Origin: Owenia fusiformis
Taxonomy: Eukaryota
DNA length: 64,000 nucleotides
Assembly (NCBI GenBank): GCA_903813345.2
Contig: CAIIXF020000001.1
Coordinates: 15,438,001-15,502,000 of the forward strand
Direction: 5' to 3'
Made by a program: the position numbers and the translations under genes. The number at the start of each line of letters is the position of its first letter. The stretch's first letter is position 1. Positions 36,967 to 51,600 of the stretch are shown in pieces. The notes beneath the pieces are model-generated. The model was not told where the DNA came from and made no database searches. It saw nothing but the letters and a program-made list of their open reading frames with translations.

Positions 36967-38439
36967 TGTAAAGCTGTGCAGTGTCTACTGTCTAGGTCGT
37001 TGGCCTCTCACAATGACCCACAGATACTTATACTCGACATGTATTTTTAATAATTGTCACGGTAGATCTCTATATACCCAATGTAAGGTCGGCCAATAGC
37101 TACGTGTTGGGTTGTTGGCCCCATTTCCGTTTATAGGACACTGGTGGGTAAATCAATAACTTTTTAAATGACTGGCTCTAAATATGGTTTGAAGCTAGAA
37201 CATTATTCCTTTTCTCAGTTTTTATATTTCACTTGATTAATATGCAATATTTTCTGTTAAATTGTGTAAGAAAGTAAACATAGACCCATTAATGATTCGG
37301 TAAAACAGCTATGACACCACAGTAGCATGGTAGAACTGTCGCTGTGCGCGTTCTTCAAAACTATGGGCGCCGGAACAGAAACAGAACGTAGCTGCAACTT
37401 TCTACGGTATATTTATGAACTTCATGGGTGCATTGGGACGGGAAGGTGATTGACTGAGGCCCAGGGACTGAGGACTTATTTAAAGAGTGTTTATGAACGA
37501 AGTAGCTAATTATTTTAGGCCTATAGCTTTTTCTCGACCACAGCCAGATTTAACCCATTTTACGTCTTTTCTTTAGATCTGGAAAGAATGGTTGAAAACT
37601 AGCCTAGTTTGGTGCAATAGGGGTTTTACATTAATTTTACGGCAAAGAGAAACGGTAGAAAAATGTCTGCGGCGGCTGCAGATTGGATAGTTTTGTATTT
37701 TCAAGAATACTTTAAAGTATGTTAAAGTTACCTCTTACCCATATTTTACCTGTTCATTATAATTCAAGATTCAAATGTATGAATAGTGTAGATATACTGA
37801 GTGAAAATTTCAGCCAGATTGACTGAGAAACAAAAAATAGAGTACTTTTGCAAGAACTTTATGAACGCCATGTATGTATATGATTTGTCAAATATTTGTA
37901 TCCTCCAACACATCGTTCATGTTAATATACACTATTGATGCATTATTTTGGTGAAAGCTATGCCTTAAGGTACATTTTGATGACATGTCTTCCATTGCAG
38001 ACAATGGAGATATATGATTGAGTGTAGTTTCTGTCGTGAAGTCAAGTTGTCTAGATGAGGCTGTCCAATATTTTGTATCCTCCAAACATTAAAATATCAT
38101 CTTTGGGAAAAAATATTTTTAGATTATTATTTCGAGAAATGAAAGTACTTTAATAAAAGTGTTTAGATCATTATTATTTAATTTTTGAATTATTTGAATT
38201 GTTTTAGTAAGACTTTATTAAGCATATGTTGGAGGATACAAAATGACTTTAAGATTATGTGGAATATAAACGTACAATCAAAAGTTAGTTGCATAATCAT
38301 GTTATAACTTTGTTGGAATAGCGATGCATGTAACATTTACATTTCTATTCCACATGGTATGCTTCCTTTTTGTTTCCATGACCGACACATAACCATAAAA
38401 ATTTGAATGATGTTTCTCATTCCCTCATTGCCCACGCTG

Positions 38440-38735
38440 CGTGTTTTTTCATGATATTATATTTTGAATGCCGTTTGTTGTTCCCTGATACTTATACCGG
38501 TCCACAACAGTAATCTGGTGGGCCATATACAGAAAAACGGTATTAGTTCTTGGAATACCCCTCGGTCGATAGTGCACAATGTTCGTTTTCTTAATATTTA
38601 CGGAAAGACGCCATTTGCTGCACCAAATGTTTAGTTCATCAAGCATACGTTGAATTCCATCTTCTGTGCTAGATATTAACGCAACGTCGTCGGCATATAG
38701 AAGTATTGATATTTCCTCGCCGTTAACATTAACAT
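38440..38735 (-). mobile_element. LINE RT fragment (duplicated at ~63475-63768)
   Basis: ISILLYADDVALIS...GIQRMLDELNIWCSKWRLSVNIKKT. Confidence 0.85.
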
Positions 38736-39520
38736 TTTGTTATGCATTTTAAATGAACCGTTTTACTCGTACATCTCAAAAACCAATACGATGATATTCA
38801 TTCTATCGGATAAGTTCGAAAACAATTATGTGTCCATATTAGTAAATGATGTGATGTTTGTATGTATATTCATTTATTTCTGTCTCACACGTAAAGTACA
38901 TCCAGTCGTTGCCGACTTACGAGAGACTCATCAATCAATTTTTAAAGCTAAAGCCGTGTCATTCATTTCATTGCATCGTTATCAATTTTAGTCATACTAC
39001 TGTACTTAAGCTTTAAAATGGGTTCTTAAATGTTCATTCATATAATACCAATAAAATGATTCATAAAATACTCACTTTAACTCATTTTTCAACTTACATG
39101 AATGTACACTAGTGTGATCCACAAGGGACACTTTTGGTCTATTAATTACATCATACAATAAATTCAGATATATCTGAGTTGTAAATACTTTTAAAAATGA
39201 ATGAAAAATAAGTCTAAAGTTACGATTGTTGAATCAAATCTGCAGCCTTAATCCTATAAAAAATATCTAGTGCATTGATTTTTGCTGGAAGCATGGTGCT
39301 TGGAGTTAATTATGCGTCCATGTATATGGATTATGTGAAAGCTTTCAAAAATTTTAATAATGTAGGGTCTGATCAACTCAGTAGCCTAATATCTCCTGTC
39401 ATAAATGATGGTGCATTTCTGCTCGAAGGCACCAGAGTTTGCAGTCAAATATGCTTCGATGTTTGTCGCTCATATATTAAATTTGTAAACGCTTTCATGT
39501 TATGAATAGGAAAAGGAATC

Positions 39521-39647
39521 TTAAGATTGTATAATCAAATCTGCAGCCTTCTCTCCTATCATAATAGATGGCGCATTGGTGTTGCCTGATACGACATGAG
39601 GCATAATGGATGCATCTGCCACTCTCAGATTCTCAATCCCTTTAACT
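39521..39647 (-). CDS. GMC copy C exon 11
   Basis: 127 nt to TAA, GNTNAP motif. Confidence 0.9.
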
Positions 39648-42600
39648 CTGCAAAACAGGCATTACTCGTATAACTAGACATGTAAAAATTGATATATCTG
39701 CCTAAATATCTGTTTGATATATCTCTGTATTGGAGTAGGGACAGAATTATAAATCAGGATTAATGTACCTTAACTGTGGGTCTACGACTGAGTTCTTATC
39801 AGTTGCTGGTCCCATTCTGCATGTTGATGATGGATGGAATGTAGTCCACAAGTTTGCTCTTATGAAACAATCCCAGTAAGCATCGGTGCCGAATCGGTGA
39901 GCTTTACATAAAGGGTGGTGATTTCTTTTCAGTTCAAATCCTCCCCTTTTGAATACATTTGTTTTTGCAAGTTTTTCTGTCCACACCTTTATTCCTATAT
40001 ATTAAACATGATATAATTTCAGAAGTATAGCAATGATTATCTATTTAGCTAGGTTTCAATTCAGCTAGGCTAGCTACATATTGTATGAAAATGTGTTAAC
40101 CTATTTTTAATTTTTTAGATTAATAATATGATGATTGAACATGTATTTATTATTAACCTGCCGTCAAATGTTTCACATCAACTGAATTTTTGAGGTAGTT
40201 TGGCTCAATCAATGGATGATCAAATGGGTCCATGCTCTGAAGTCTAACTGTACCATTGGTAGCTGGATGAAGCAATGTGACAAGGACACTGATTCCAGTT
40301 TTTCCGTCCAGTTCCTCATCTGGGTATATTGTATTCCACACCTGAAATTGTATTGGAACAGTTCATTCCATAACTGAAGGTGCATTGAAATATACCATTA
40401 TACAACTGAAAGTACATTGAAATAGACCATTGTATAACTGAATGTACATTGAAGTAGACTATTGCATAACTGAAAGCGACTAAAATAGTCCATTACATAA
40501 CTTGAAAGTGCATTGAAATAGGCCATTTCATAACTGAAATTGCATTGAAATAGACCATTGCATAACTGAAAGTGCATTGAAGTAGACCATTGCATAACTG
40601 AAAATACACTTAAATAGTCCATTACATAACTGAATGTGCATTGAAATAGTCCATTGCATAACTGAAAGTGCTTTGAAATAGACCATTGCATAACTGAAAG
40701 TGCATTAAAGTAGAGTATTGCATAACTGAAAGTATACTAAAATAGTCCATCACATAACTGAAAGTGCATTTAAATAGTCCATTACATAACTGTAAGTGCA
40801 TTTAAATAGTCCATTGCATAACTGAAAGTGCTTTGAAATAGACCATTGCATAACTGAAAGTGCATTAAAGTAGAGTATTGCATAACTGAAAGTATACTAA
40901 AATAGTCCATCACATAACTGAAAGTGCATTTAAATAGTCCATTGCATAACTGAAGGTGCATTTAAATAGACCATTGCATAACTGAAAGTGCATTAAAGTA
41001 GACTATTGCATAACTGAAAGTATGCTAAAATAGTCCATTACATAACTTGAAAGTGCTTTGAAATAGACCATTGCATAACTGAAAGTGCATTGAAGTAGAG
41101 TATTGCATAACTGAAAGTACACTAAAATAGTCCATTACATAACTGAATGTGCATTGAAATAGGCCATTTTATAACTGAAAGGGCATTGAAGTAGACCATT
41201 ACATAACTGAAAGTATACTAAAATAGTCCGTTACATAACTGAATGTGCATTGAAATAGGCCATTTTATAACTGAAAGTGCATTGAAATAGACCATTGCAT
41301 AGCTTAAAGTGCATTGAAGTAGAATATTGCATAACTTAAAGTACACTAAAATAGTCCATTACATAACTGAATGTGCATTGAAAAAGACCATGCATAACTG
41401 AAAGTGAATTGAAGTAAACTATTGCATAACTGAAAGCGCACTAAAATAGTTCATTACATAACTGAAAGTGCATTGAAATAGATCATTGCATAACTGAAAG
41501 TGCATTGAAGTAGACAATTACATAACTGACCGTACACTAATCTGGAAGTGCACTGAAATAAGCCATTGCATAACTGAAAGTGCATTGAAGTAGACCATTA
41601 CATAACTGAAGTAGACCATTGTATAACTGAAAGTTATAGACCATTGCATGACTGAAACTAGAATAGTCCATTACATAACTGAGGGTGCATTGAAGTAGAC
41701 CATTGCATCACTGAAGGTACAGTAAAATAGCCCATTACATAACTGAAAGTGCTTTAAAATAGACCATTACATAACTAAAGTACATTGAAGTAGACTATTG
41801 TATAACTGAAAGTACAAAAAAGTGCATTAAAATAGACCATGCATAACTTGAAAGTGTGAAAGTGCACTGAAATAGACTAGTCTTGACGTAGACTATTGCA
41901 TAACTGAATGCGCACTAAAAGTCCATTACATAACTTGAAAGTGCATTGAAATAGACCATTGCATAACTGAAAGTGCATTGAAGTAGACCATTGCATAACT
42001 GAAAGTACACTTAAATAGTCCATTGCATATCTAAAAGTGCATTAGAATAGACCATTACATAACTTAAAATGTATTAAAGTAGAAGATTGCATAATTGAAA
42101 GCGCACTAAAAGAATCCATTCCATAACTGAGAGTGCATTAAGATAACCCATTACATAACTGAAAGCCCTTGATATACTCCATTACATAACTGAAGGTACA
42201 TTCTATAAATGTGGTTATTTAAAGGATAATGTGTATGAAAATAACCGTACCGCAATTGCAGAACTTCTACAAGCAATGGCTGCAAAATTTCAGCGAAATT
42301 GACGACATCTGGAGCATATTTTGAAACAACCATAGCTCTATCAATATAAAACTATGATTATTAAAACTCTGCCAGAGGATCCCACATTGAATGAAATCCT
42401 TGTGTGCCAAATCTTAGAGCAATTTACCTCCATTTAAGAAAAATATAGAAGAAATGGAGGGTCGCATTTTTTGTGTCACCCTGTACATAACTGAAAGTGC
42501 ATTGAAACAGTCTGTTACATACATGTAACCTCAAAACCATGGAAATAATGCAATCCATACCTGAAAGTACATTGACATATTGCATTTCATACCCGACATT

Positions 42601-45600
42601 TCATTGAAACAATTCATTCCATAAAGGTACGTTCACACCAACGGCGCTTTGATGGCGCTTTAAAGCGGCTTGTAAAGCGGCACCAAAGCGTAACAAAGTT
42701 TGATTAAAGCGTCGGGGTCGTAATAGGTAGTAGAAAAGCTCGGAGTTAAGCGGGATATTCGGCAAGAGCACTAAAGATTTAAACTGTTCAAGCTACGTTC
42801 GCACCAACGGCGCTTTGATGGCGCTTTAAAGCGGCTTGTAAAGCGGCACCTAAGCGTAACAAAGCTTGATTAAAGCGTCGGGGTCGTAATAGGTCGTGGA
42901 AAAGCTCGGAGTAAAGCGGGATAATAGGCAAGAGCGCCAAAAAATGTTAAACTGTTTAAAAATTTTGGGCGCTCTGTTACGAATTGATTAAAGCGCCGAG
43001 AGCGTATCAAAGCTTAACAAACAGTAATAAAGCTCAACAAAGCTTGACCCAAAGCGTAGGAAAGCTTAACAGAGCTTGGTTCAAAGCGGGGACCCTAGTA
43101 TCTTCACGGTCTGTTACCACTTGACACGCTTTGTTAAGATGTCTCAAGATTTGCTACGATCTGACGATGAAGATCTGACACGAGGTCAGACGCTTTCATC
43201 AATATCTGACAATCTTTGTTACACTTTCATGAAGGACTCTCAAGCTTTCCAACGTATTGAGACGCTTTAATGAAGGATTGAAACGTTTGGCTAGGCTTTG
43301 TTACGCTTGACAAGTTTTCACACGCTATATCACGCCGTGCGACAAACATCATGCCTTCTTCAGATAGGTCATGCTCTGGTCCATCTGGAATTTCTGGATC
43401 TTGTTGTTCTGCCATCGTGTTCTCGAGTCAAAGATGCAATGGTTTTATGGATCTACTGCATCTTTATTTTTTTATTTTTTTTTTATTTTTTTTCAAGTAA
43501 TAATTTAATACAATTCAAGTACAAGCTTCATTAAATACAAGTAGTTCTTTCATATAGATATATGTACTATGTATATAAATCATTTTTAAATATAGTAATA
43601 ATAACAAAAAATTATTACATGATCTTACTGACTCCATTCACACCCATTCATTACATTCGTGCATGCATTCATTCACCCACTATTCATACATTGACTATGA
43701 CACAAATTTGTAAAATAAGAATTTATTTGTGTATTCATAAAAGTCTATATAAAGCATGTATGTCTACACCCTTTTGATCAAGCAGCTTAACGCTGTTCAA
43801 ATATATTCTCAGATAATTGGTAAATTTGAAAAAGTAAGGTAATTCATTTTCTAAAAAAGATTTGTATATGACATATTTCATAATTAATATGCACAGATTT
43901 AGTTCTGCACCTTTTCTCTATTCCCGATAATACCTAATGAAATATCATTTTCAGTTAGATTTAATTCTTTATTTAGTTTTAGTTTCCACCATTCAATAAA
44001 TTGCTTCCATATATCTTTTGTTATTCTACACTTCACCAGCATGTGCTCCGTGGTATGAGTATCATCACACCATGGACATTTGTCTGTCTGTGAAATGTTC
44101 ATCATTTTTAATTTACGGTTGCACACTAGTGTATTCGTAAGTATTTTGTACTGAAAGCTCCATATTTTAGTTTCATATGTAACCTTTTTGCAAGTGTATA
44201 ATAGTATTTCATGTCATTTTCATTAACATTGTTATTTTGTATCCACTTTGTTAGTGATGTGGGTTTCTCGATTTCTTTTTCAAGGATTTTGTTGTAAATA
44301 GCTTTACACGACAATTGACTAGGGTTAGGAACATTTTTCTTTGAAGGATTGTTTTTCAATATGCAATTTTTAAGAGTTTTCCATTTTTTGGGAATAGCAC
44401 TGAGTATGCTGGCATACTTTAAAAAGTCTATAGGAATGTTGAATTTTCGTTCAAGTTCTGTCAGGGATAAATAGTTATTATCTCTAGTGTCTAGGATGTC
44501 ATAAATTGTTGCAATACCTGCTTGATGCCATGTTTTATAGTACCATTTTATTATTGACTAAAATGTTTTTATTATTCCATATAACTTCATCTTTAACATC
44601 ATTCCAATTATTGACATCATGATGGGTTACTTCAGCCCATGTTCTAAGCATTGCTAAGTAAAATTTGGGAATTGCTTTATAGTTTTCAAAATACTTTATG
44701 TCATAATTACACTGAGAGAGAAGACCAATTCCACCATGTGGTTCAATGAATAAACTTGGAATTTCTTTCCATGCTGACTGCCCTTTCTCTAACAATCGTT
44801 TTATCCATGTGCATTTTAGTGATTGATCCATAATATCATAATCTTTCATTTTTAACCCCCCTTGTTCAATTTCAGCAATAAGTGATTTTCTTTTTACTTT
44901 TGGTGGTTTCTTTTTCCACACAAATTCGAAAATAATTTTGTTTATTTCTTGTAAAATTTGGGGTGGTATATGCATAACTGAACTAACATATGTTAGCTGG
45001 GAAATACCTAAAGATTTAATAATTTGAATTCTACCTATTAGTGTTAAGTTTCTCATATTCCATAATTTTATTTTATTTTTCATTTCATCAATTTTCTTTT
45101 CAATATTCAGTTTTGTTCTATCATCTATATCATAAGTAAATGTTATTCCCAAAGCTTTTACACTGGTTTTTGATTTAATTCCATTTATGTCTTGTTTGTT
45201 TCCTTTATCTCTTCCGATCCACATTATTTCAGTTTTGTCTTTGTTAATTTCTAAGCCAGAGCATCTACCAAACTTTTCCACTAATTCTAAGGCATTATTT
45301 GCAGACTCTTGATCGTTTAAAAATATAGTAGTGTCATCAGCATACTGACAAAGCTTGACTTCATATTTATCCTTAATAGGAATTCCTTTTACGTTTCGAT
45401 CAGATCTAATTGCAATACTTAATAATTCGGCAACAAGTATAAAAATTACCCCAGAGAGTGGGTCACCTTGGCGAACTCCCCTTTCTAATTGGAACCATTC
45501 AGATGTGTATCCATTATTTATGACACAACTCTGTGGTTTTGCATATATCGCATTAACATAATTTATAAGTGTTTCCCCAAAATTGAATTTTTCTAGTGTT

Positions 45601-48600
45601 TTTATCATAAACTTCCAGTCAATGCTATCAAATGCTTTCTTATAATCAATTAAAAGAAGAAGACCTTTAATGCTGTTTGTCTTTGTGTAATCCAGCATAT
45701 CATAAATTAGTCTTATACTTTGTCCTATATATCTGTTTTTAACATACCCAACTTGGTCACTGTGTATCAGTTTTGGTAAAATATCTCTGAAACGTTCACT
45801 AATAGTTTTTGTACATATTTTATAATCCACGTTTAAAAGAGTTAATGGTCGCCAATTTGTGAGCTGTTGCCTATTTTTCCCCTTTTTGGAATAAGAGAAA
45901 TAATTCCTCTATTTTGCGAAATTGAGAGTTCTCCTTTTATAAGTGAATAGTTAAAGCTATCTGTCATTTCTAGTTTAATCTCATCCCAAAAGATACAATA
46001 AAATTCAGCTGTAAGACCATCTGTCCCTGGCGTTTTATTCTTTTTAAAAGTTTTTAATGATTTATAGCATTCTTCACATGTAATTCTCTTGTCGCAATTT
46101 TCTTTATCAATATTATCAATTGTTGGAATTTCATTTTTAAAAAATATGTTTGAATATTTACCATCCGGGTCATTATTCTTTTTACTATATAAATCTTTGT
46201 AAAATGATTCTTCTGTTTGTAATACTTGTTTGGGGTCATTAACTAAAACATCTCTTTTATCATAAATAGAATTTATCACTTTATTGGAGTAATTATGCTT
46301 TTCTAAATTTAGAAAGTATTTGCTTGATCGTTCACCATACTCACACCACCGTGCTTTGGATCTCATTATACTACTTTGTGTTTTTCTATCCTGTATTAAT
46401 TCTACTTTAAGTTTGCATGTATTATATTTGTTAACAGTTTCAATATTATTATTTCGGTCAAGTGCTACCTGAGCTTCATTTAGGTCTTTCAGTGCTGTTT
46501 CCTCTTCCAGTTTATGTTCCTTTGCCTTTGTCTTACAATATCTCTTACAGACTGATCTGATATCCATTTTAATAAGATCCCATTTTAACCCCACATCTTG
46601 AGTATGTTTGTGTTTTTCCTTAGAATTTTTAATCTCCTCTCGTATTAACTTTTTATATTCCACATCATTATCCCACAATGAATTATATTTCCAGAACCCA
46701 GGTCCCCGTTTTTTAAAATTTTTCGTTTGAAATGTTATAAATGCCGCATTATGATCAGGAGACGGACCAAATCCTATTTCAGAGCTAACCTGTTGATTTA
46801 AATCTGTTGATATTAACCAATAATCCAGCCTGCATTGTATTTTACAATTGTTATTTTGCCAGGTATATCTATGTTCTAGAGGGTGCTGATAGCGCCATAT
46901 ATCTTGTAAATTATTAGTAGTTTTTAAGGTTAAAATCTCATTGATTACTTTGCTTTTGTCTTGTATTGATTTTCCTCCATTTTTGTCCTTTTCTGTAAGT
47001 GCACAATTAAAATCTCCAGCGCAAAAACAATAATTTGTATCAACTGAATTTACCAATAACTGGTTCAATGTTTGAAAAAAGGTTATCTGTTGGTTTTTAT
47101 CATTAGGCGCCTATATATTAACAAAACAATATGTATCGCCATCTATTGCATCTTTATATAGTCATTGGATCAAAAGCGGCATGAAACCGTCGATCTCGAC
47201 ATTTTCCAATGCTTGACATAGCTTAACAGAGCGTAACAATGCAACAGAGCTTGGCAATCGTATCAGAGCCTGATTTAAAGCGTCATAATCGCCTCAAAGC
47301 GCAATAATCATTATCAAAGCTTATCAAAGCGTGATTTCAAGCGTAACAAAGCCTGGTCAAAGCGGGATCAAAGCGTGAGGAACCTATCAGAGCTTTGTTA
47401 AGCTTTCCTACGCTTTCTGAGCTTTGTTACTTATTGTTAAGCTTTGATACGCTCTCGGCGCTTTAATCAATTCGTAACAGAGCGCCCAAAATTTTTAAAC
47501 AGTTTAAAATGTTTTGGCGCTCTTGCCGAATATCCCGCTTTACTCCGAGCTTTTCTACGACCTATTACGACCCCGACGCTTTAATCAAGCTTTGTTACGC
47601 TTTGGTGCCGCTTTACAAGCCGCTTTAAAGCGCCATCAAAGCGCCGTTGGTATGAACAAAAATGACAAAAATGACGGCGCTTTGCTCGCCGATTTAAAGC
47701 GTGACATTCGCCGTTGATGTGAACGTAGCTTAAAGGTACGTTCACACCAACGGCGAATGCCACGCTTTAAATCGGCGAGCAAAGCGCCGTCATTTTTGAC
47801 ATTTTTCTTCATACCAACGGCGCTTTGATGGCGCTTTAAAGCGGCTTGTAAAGCGGCACCAAAGCGTAACAAAGCTTGATAAAAGCGTCGGGGTCGTAAT
47901 AGGTCGTAGAAAAGCTCAGAGTAAAGCGGGATATTCGGCAAGAGCGCCAAAATTTTTTTAACTTTTTAAAAATTTTGGGCGCTTTGTTACGAATCGATTA
48001 AGCGCCGAGAGCGTATCAAAGCTTAACAAACCGTAACAAAGCTCAGAAAAGCTTGATCCAAAGCGTAGGAAAGCTTAACATAACTCTAAAAGGTTCCTGA
48101 CGCTTTGATCCCGCTTTGATCAGGCTTTGTTACGCTTGAAATCACGCTTTGATAAGCATTTTTACGCTTTGATGCGATCATGACGCTTTAAATCAGGCTC
48201 TGATACGATTGCAAAACTCTGTTGTGCATTGTTACGCTCTGTTAAGCTCTGTCACGCATTGGAAAATGTCGAGATCGCCGATTCCATGCCGCTTTTGATC
48301 CAATGACTATATAAAGATGCAGTAGATCCATAAAACCATTGCATCTTTGACTCGAGAACACGATGGCAGAACAACGAGATCCAGAAATTCCAGATGGACC
48401 AGAGCATGACCTATCTGAAGAAGACATGACGTTTGTCGCACGGCGTGATATAGCGTGTGGAAACTTGTCAAGCGTACAGCAAAGCGTTTCAATCCTTGAT
48501 TAAAGCGTCTCAATTCTTTGGAAAGCTTGAGAGTCCCTCATGAAAGTGTAACAAAGAGTGTCAGATATTGATGAAAGCGTCTGACCTCGTGTCAGATCTT

Positions 48601-51600
48601 CATGCCAGATCGTAGCAAATCTTGAGACATCTTAACGAAGCGTGTCAAGTGGTAACAGACCGTGAATAGACTGGGGTCCCCGCTTTGAACCAAGCTCTGT
48701 AAAGCTTTCCTACGCTTTGAGTCAAGCTTTGTTGAGCTTTGTTACGGTTTGTTAAGCTTTTATACGCTCTCGGCGCTTCAATCAATTCGTAACAGAGCGC
48801 CCAAAATGTTTAAACAGTTTTACATTTTTTGGCGCTCTTGCCGATTATCCCGCTTTACTCCGAGCTTTTCTACGACCTATTACGACCCCGACGCTTTAAT
48901 CAAGCTTTATTACGCTTTGGTGCCGCTTTACAAGCCGCTTTAAAGCGCCACCAAAGCGCCGTTGGTGCGAACGTAGCTTGAAAAGTTTACATTTTTAGTG
49001 CTCTTGCCGAATATCCCGCTTAACTCCGAGCTGTTCTACTACCTTTTACGACCCCGACGCTTTAATCAAATTTTGTTACGCTTTGGTGCCGCTTTACAAG
49101 CCGCTTTGAAGCGCCATCAAAGCGCCATTGGTGTGAACGTAGCTTTACTGAAAAGACTTAAGACATCCATATTATATTTGAAGGCACCTTGAAATTTAAA
49201 TTGATACAAAAGCTCCGTCGACTACTAGACCTATATAAGGCGTACGATATTCTGCAAGCTATATTTTAACAGTACCTCATCAGTATATCCCATATTGCCT
49301 TTTATATAATCTGTTCCTTTATCACTTCCCCATATTGCTGATAATACATGAAACTGGATGTATGGGAATTTGTGATCATCTGGCTGGTAAGGAGATCTCA
49401 TGAAGTACATCATATTTGGCAGTGGATTCTTCCATACACCTGTGACAAACATAAAATGGTTCACTCTTTATTTGTAGTTCCACATAAAATGCCTAAGAAA
49501 AAGATCGTTTTTTCAAAAACCATGTCCATTAAGAACTGGTTAATACACATGGTTATTATTTGAGACACCAACCTGTTCCAAAGAGGTTATACTTCAAGGT
49601 CTCAAGTAAAGATAACGCTCGGTTTTCTGTTATGGCATCAACTTTGGTAAAAAATGTCAGCATGTCTGATGTAGGATGTTCCTCCATATTTTCCCCAACT
49701 GGTAGGTCTGCCACTACTGGTATCTAGGAAAGGGATGAATTGTTTCATTTCCCATTAGTTTACATTAGGGAATTATGATTTTCAAAAATTCATCATATTT
49801 ATCATCAATTTTCGACCTACTTTAATTGAGGAAATTGGAAATTGGGAGGCATTGGAAATGAAGTCAAGTTACATTTTCATCAATATCATAAGTATTTTCT
49901 TCGCAGGTCATGTAAATCTAAATCCAAACACAAAGAGGATTTAATCCGTAGTTCAATGAGGGAGTTAAGGTTGCCAAACTTTTTGAGGGAAGTGTACACG
50001 AAGGAGCTCTGGATGAGTTTGTACGTATATGATTCTGCAAAACTCACTCCTATCTTTTCAAGGTGTTTCTTAGGTCCTATTCCAGACAGTAGGAGAATGT
50101 GAGCTGATCCAACAGCACCTCCTGATATTATAACTTCCTTTCTTGCGTTCACACTTTTCTTGACCAATCCCCTTATATAAGCTACACCAACTGCTTTCTT
50201 GCCTTCTAGGAGGACCTGTTTCCAATACAGTTGCAATACAAAAACAATGTCGATTTGATTAAACATTTAACACGTCTAACTATCGACAACGTACAGTGAC
50301 AAAATATACGGGTGTACATGTTAGTTGTTTCAAGCAAAAATTGTGATGTTGATTTTAAAAAATGTATCTATGGAATATGATGAAGTATCTCATGTTAAAT
50401 TTTATGGGCATGCTCTTGGCAAGACTTTTAACTTTTAGAGTACGATTTTTTCTAGGTAATTCTCCCAATGTACATGTGAATGTAACCAACATTTTCCATC
50501 CATTATGTGGTTGGGATACCTAGAAAAAATTCGAGCACTGCTCGAAAATCAATTAACGTAATATACGCTTCGAATAATATTTTTCGAAGCGTATATTACG
50601 TTATTAATCGTATTAATCGTATTTCGAAAATTTTAGGCCGCCATTTTTGTTTGTCGATTTTGACCAATCAGAGACGTATGTCTCAATACAGGTCTACATT
50701 ATAAGCGTAGGTCATCTTTGAACTCTGGAGTAATACCCCTGAACGCGAACCTTTAATTTTATTTCAACTAGCTCAAATATAAACTGACTTTTGTGACGTG
50801 AGCTTGTGTTGCTACGTGTAGATTTTTTCTGTCCATATTTGGCTCTAAGAAGGCGGCTGCAGTACTAGACCTCTCTCCATTGGCATCTACAGTTACCTGG
50901 GCTGCGTTCCAGCCTAGGGAAGAGACAAAATAACACCAACTTGATATACAGCATTCCATAATACATAGTACAATGTATATGCCGCCAACGGTTTAACTTT
51001 TTAATGGTTGTAAATGCAATTGTATTTGGAATGGTGCACAACTGTATAACTATAAATGGTCAACAATTAAGAAGATGTTTGTTCTACAAAAAAGTATATT
51101 TGATGACCTGATGGTCATATAAACCTTGTAAATTCTATCAAATATTGAAAAATGTCCATGTAAAGCCTTCGTAATAAAAAACCCCGTTAAAATCAATTTG
51201 GCATTTTTTATCTATGAGAGTATGAGTATTTTAATATTTTGAGTCCTAAAAAATATTTTTCTCAGATGCGCATCGGGTAATTATAATGTATTAAAAAATA
51301 GAGACTCTATTTTAGTTTTTCACCTTTTAAAATGAATAATACCGGAGTCTGAACTAAATGTGCCTTGGCAGTTTTGACTTTATTCTACACTCAAAATGGG
51401 GACTTTGTGTCCCGTTTCATCGAAATTAGAGAGGACAGATTTTATTAAAATAATTGGAAAGCTTTTTTACTTGTCTGCGCATGTTCCATACTTTACTGTA
51501 TTGGTATCAAATGATATGGTAAACCATACTTCTTCAGGTTATTATTCGCAAGAAAACGTAATAAGCGATTGACGAGTCCAGCATTAAAAGTTATCAGAAC

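Noticed and set aside
43227-43415. Independent small gene [16 protein letters not shown]
   Set aside because: Lies within a multicopy non-autonomous element and has no recognisable domain; at most a transposon ORF remnant.
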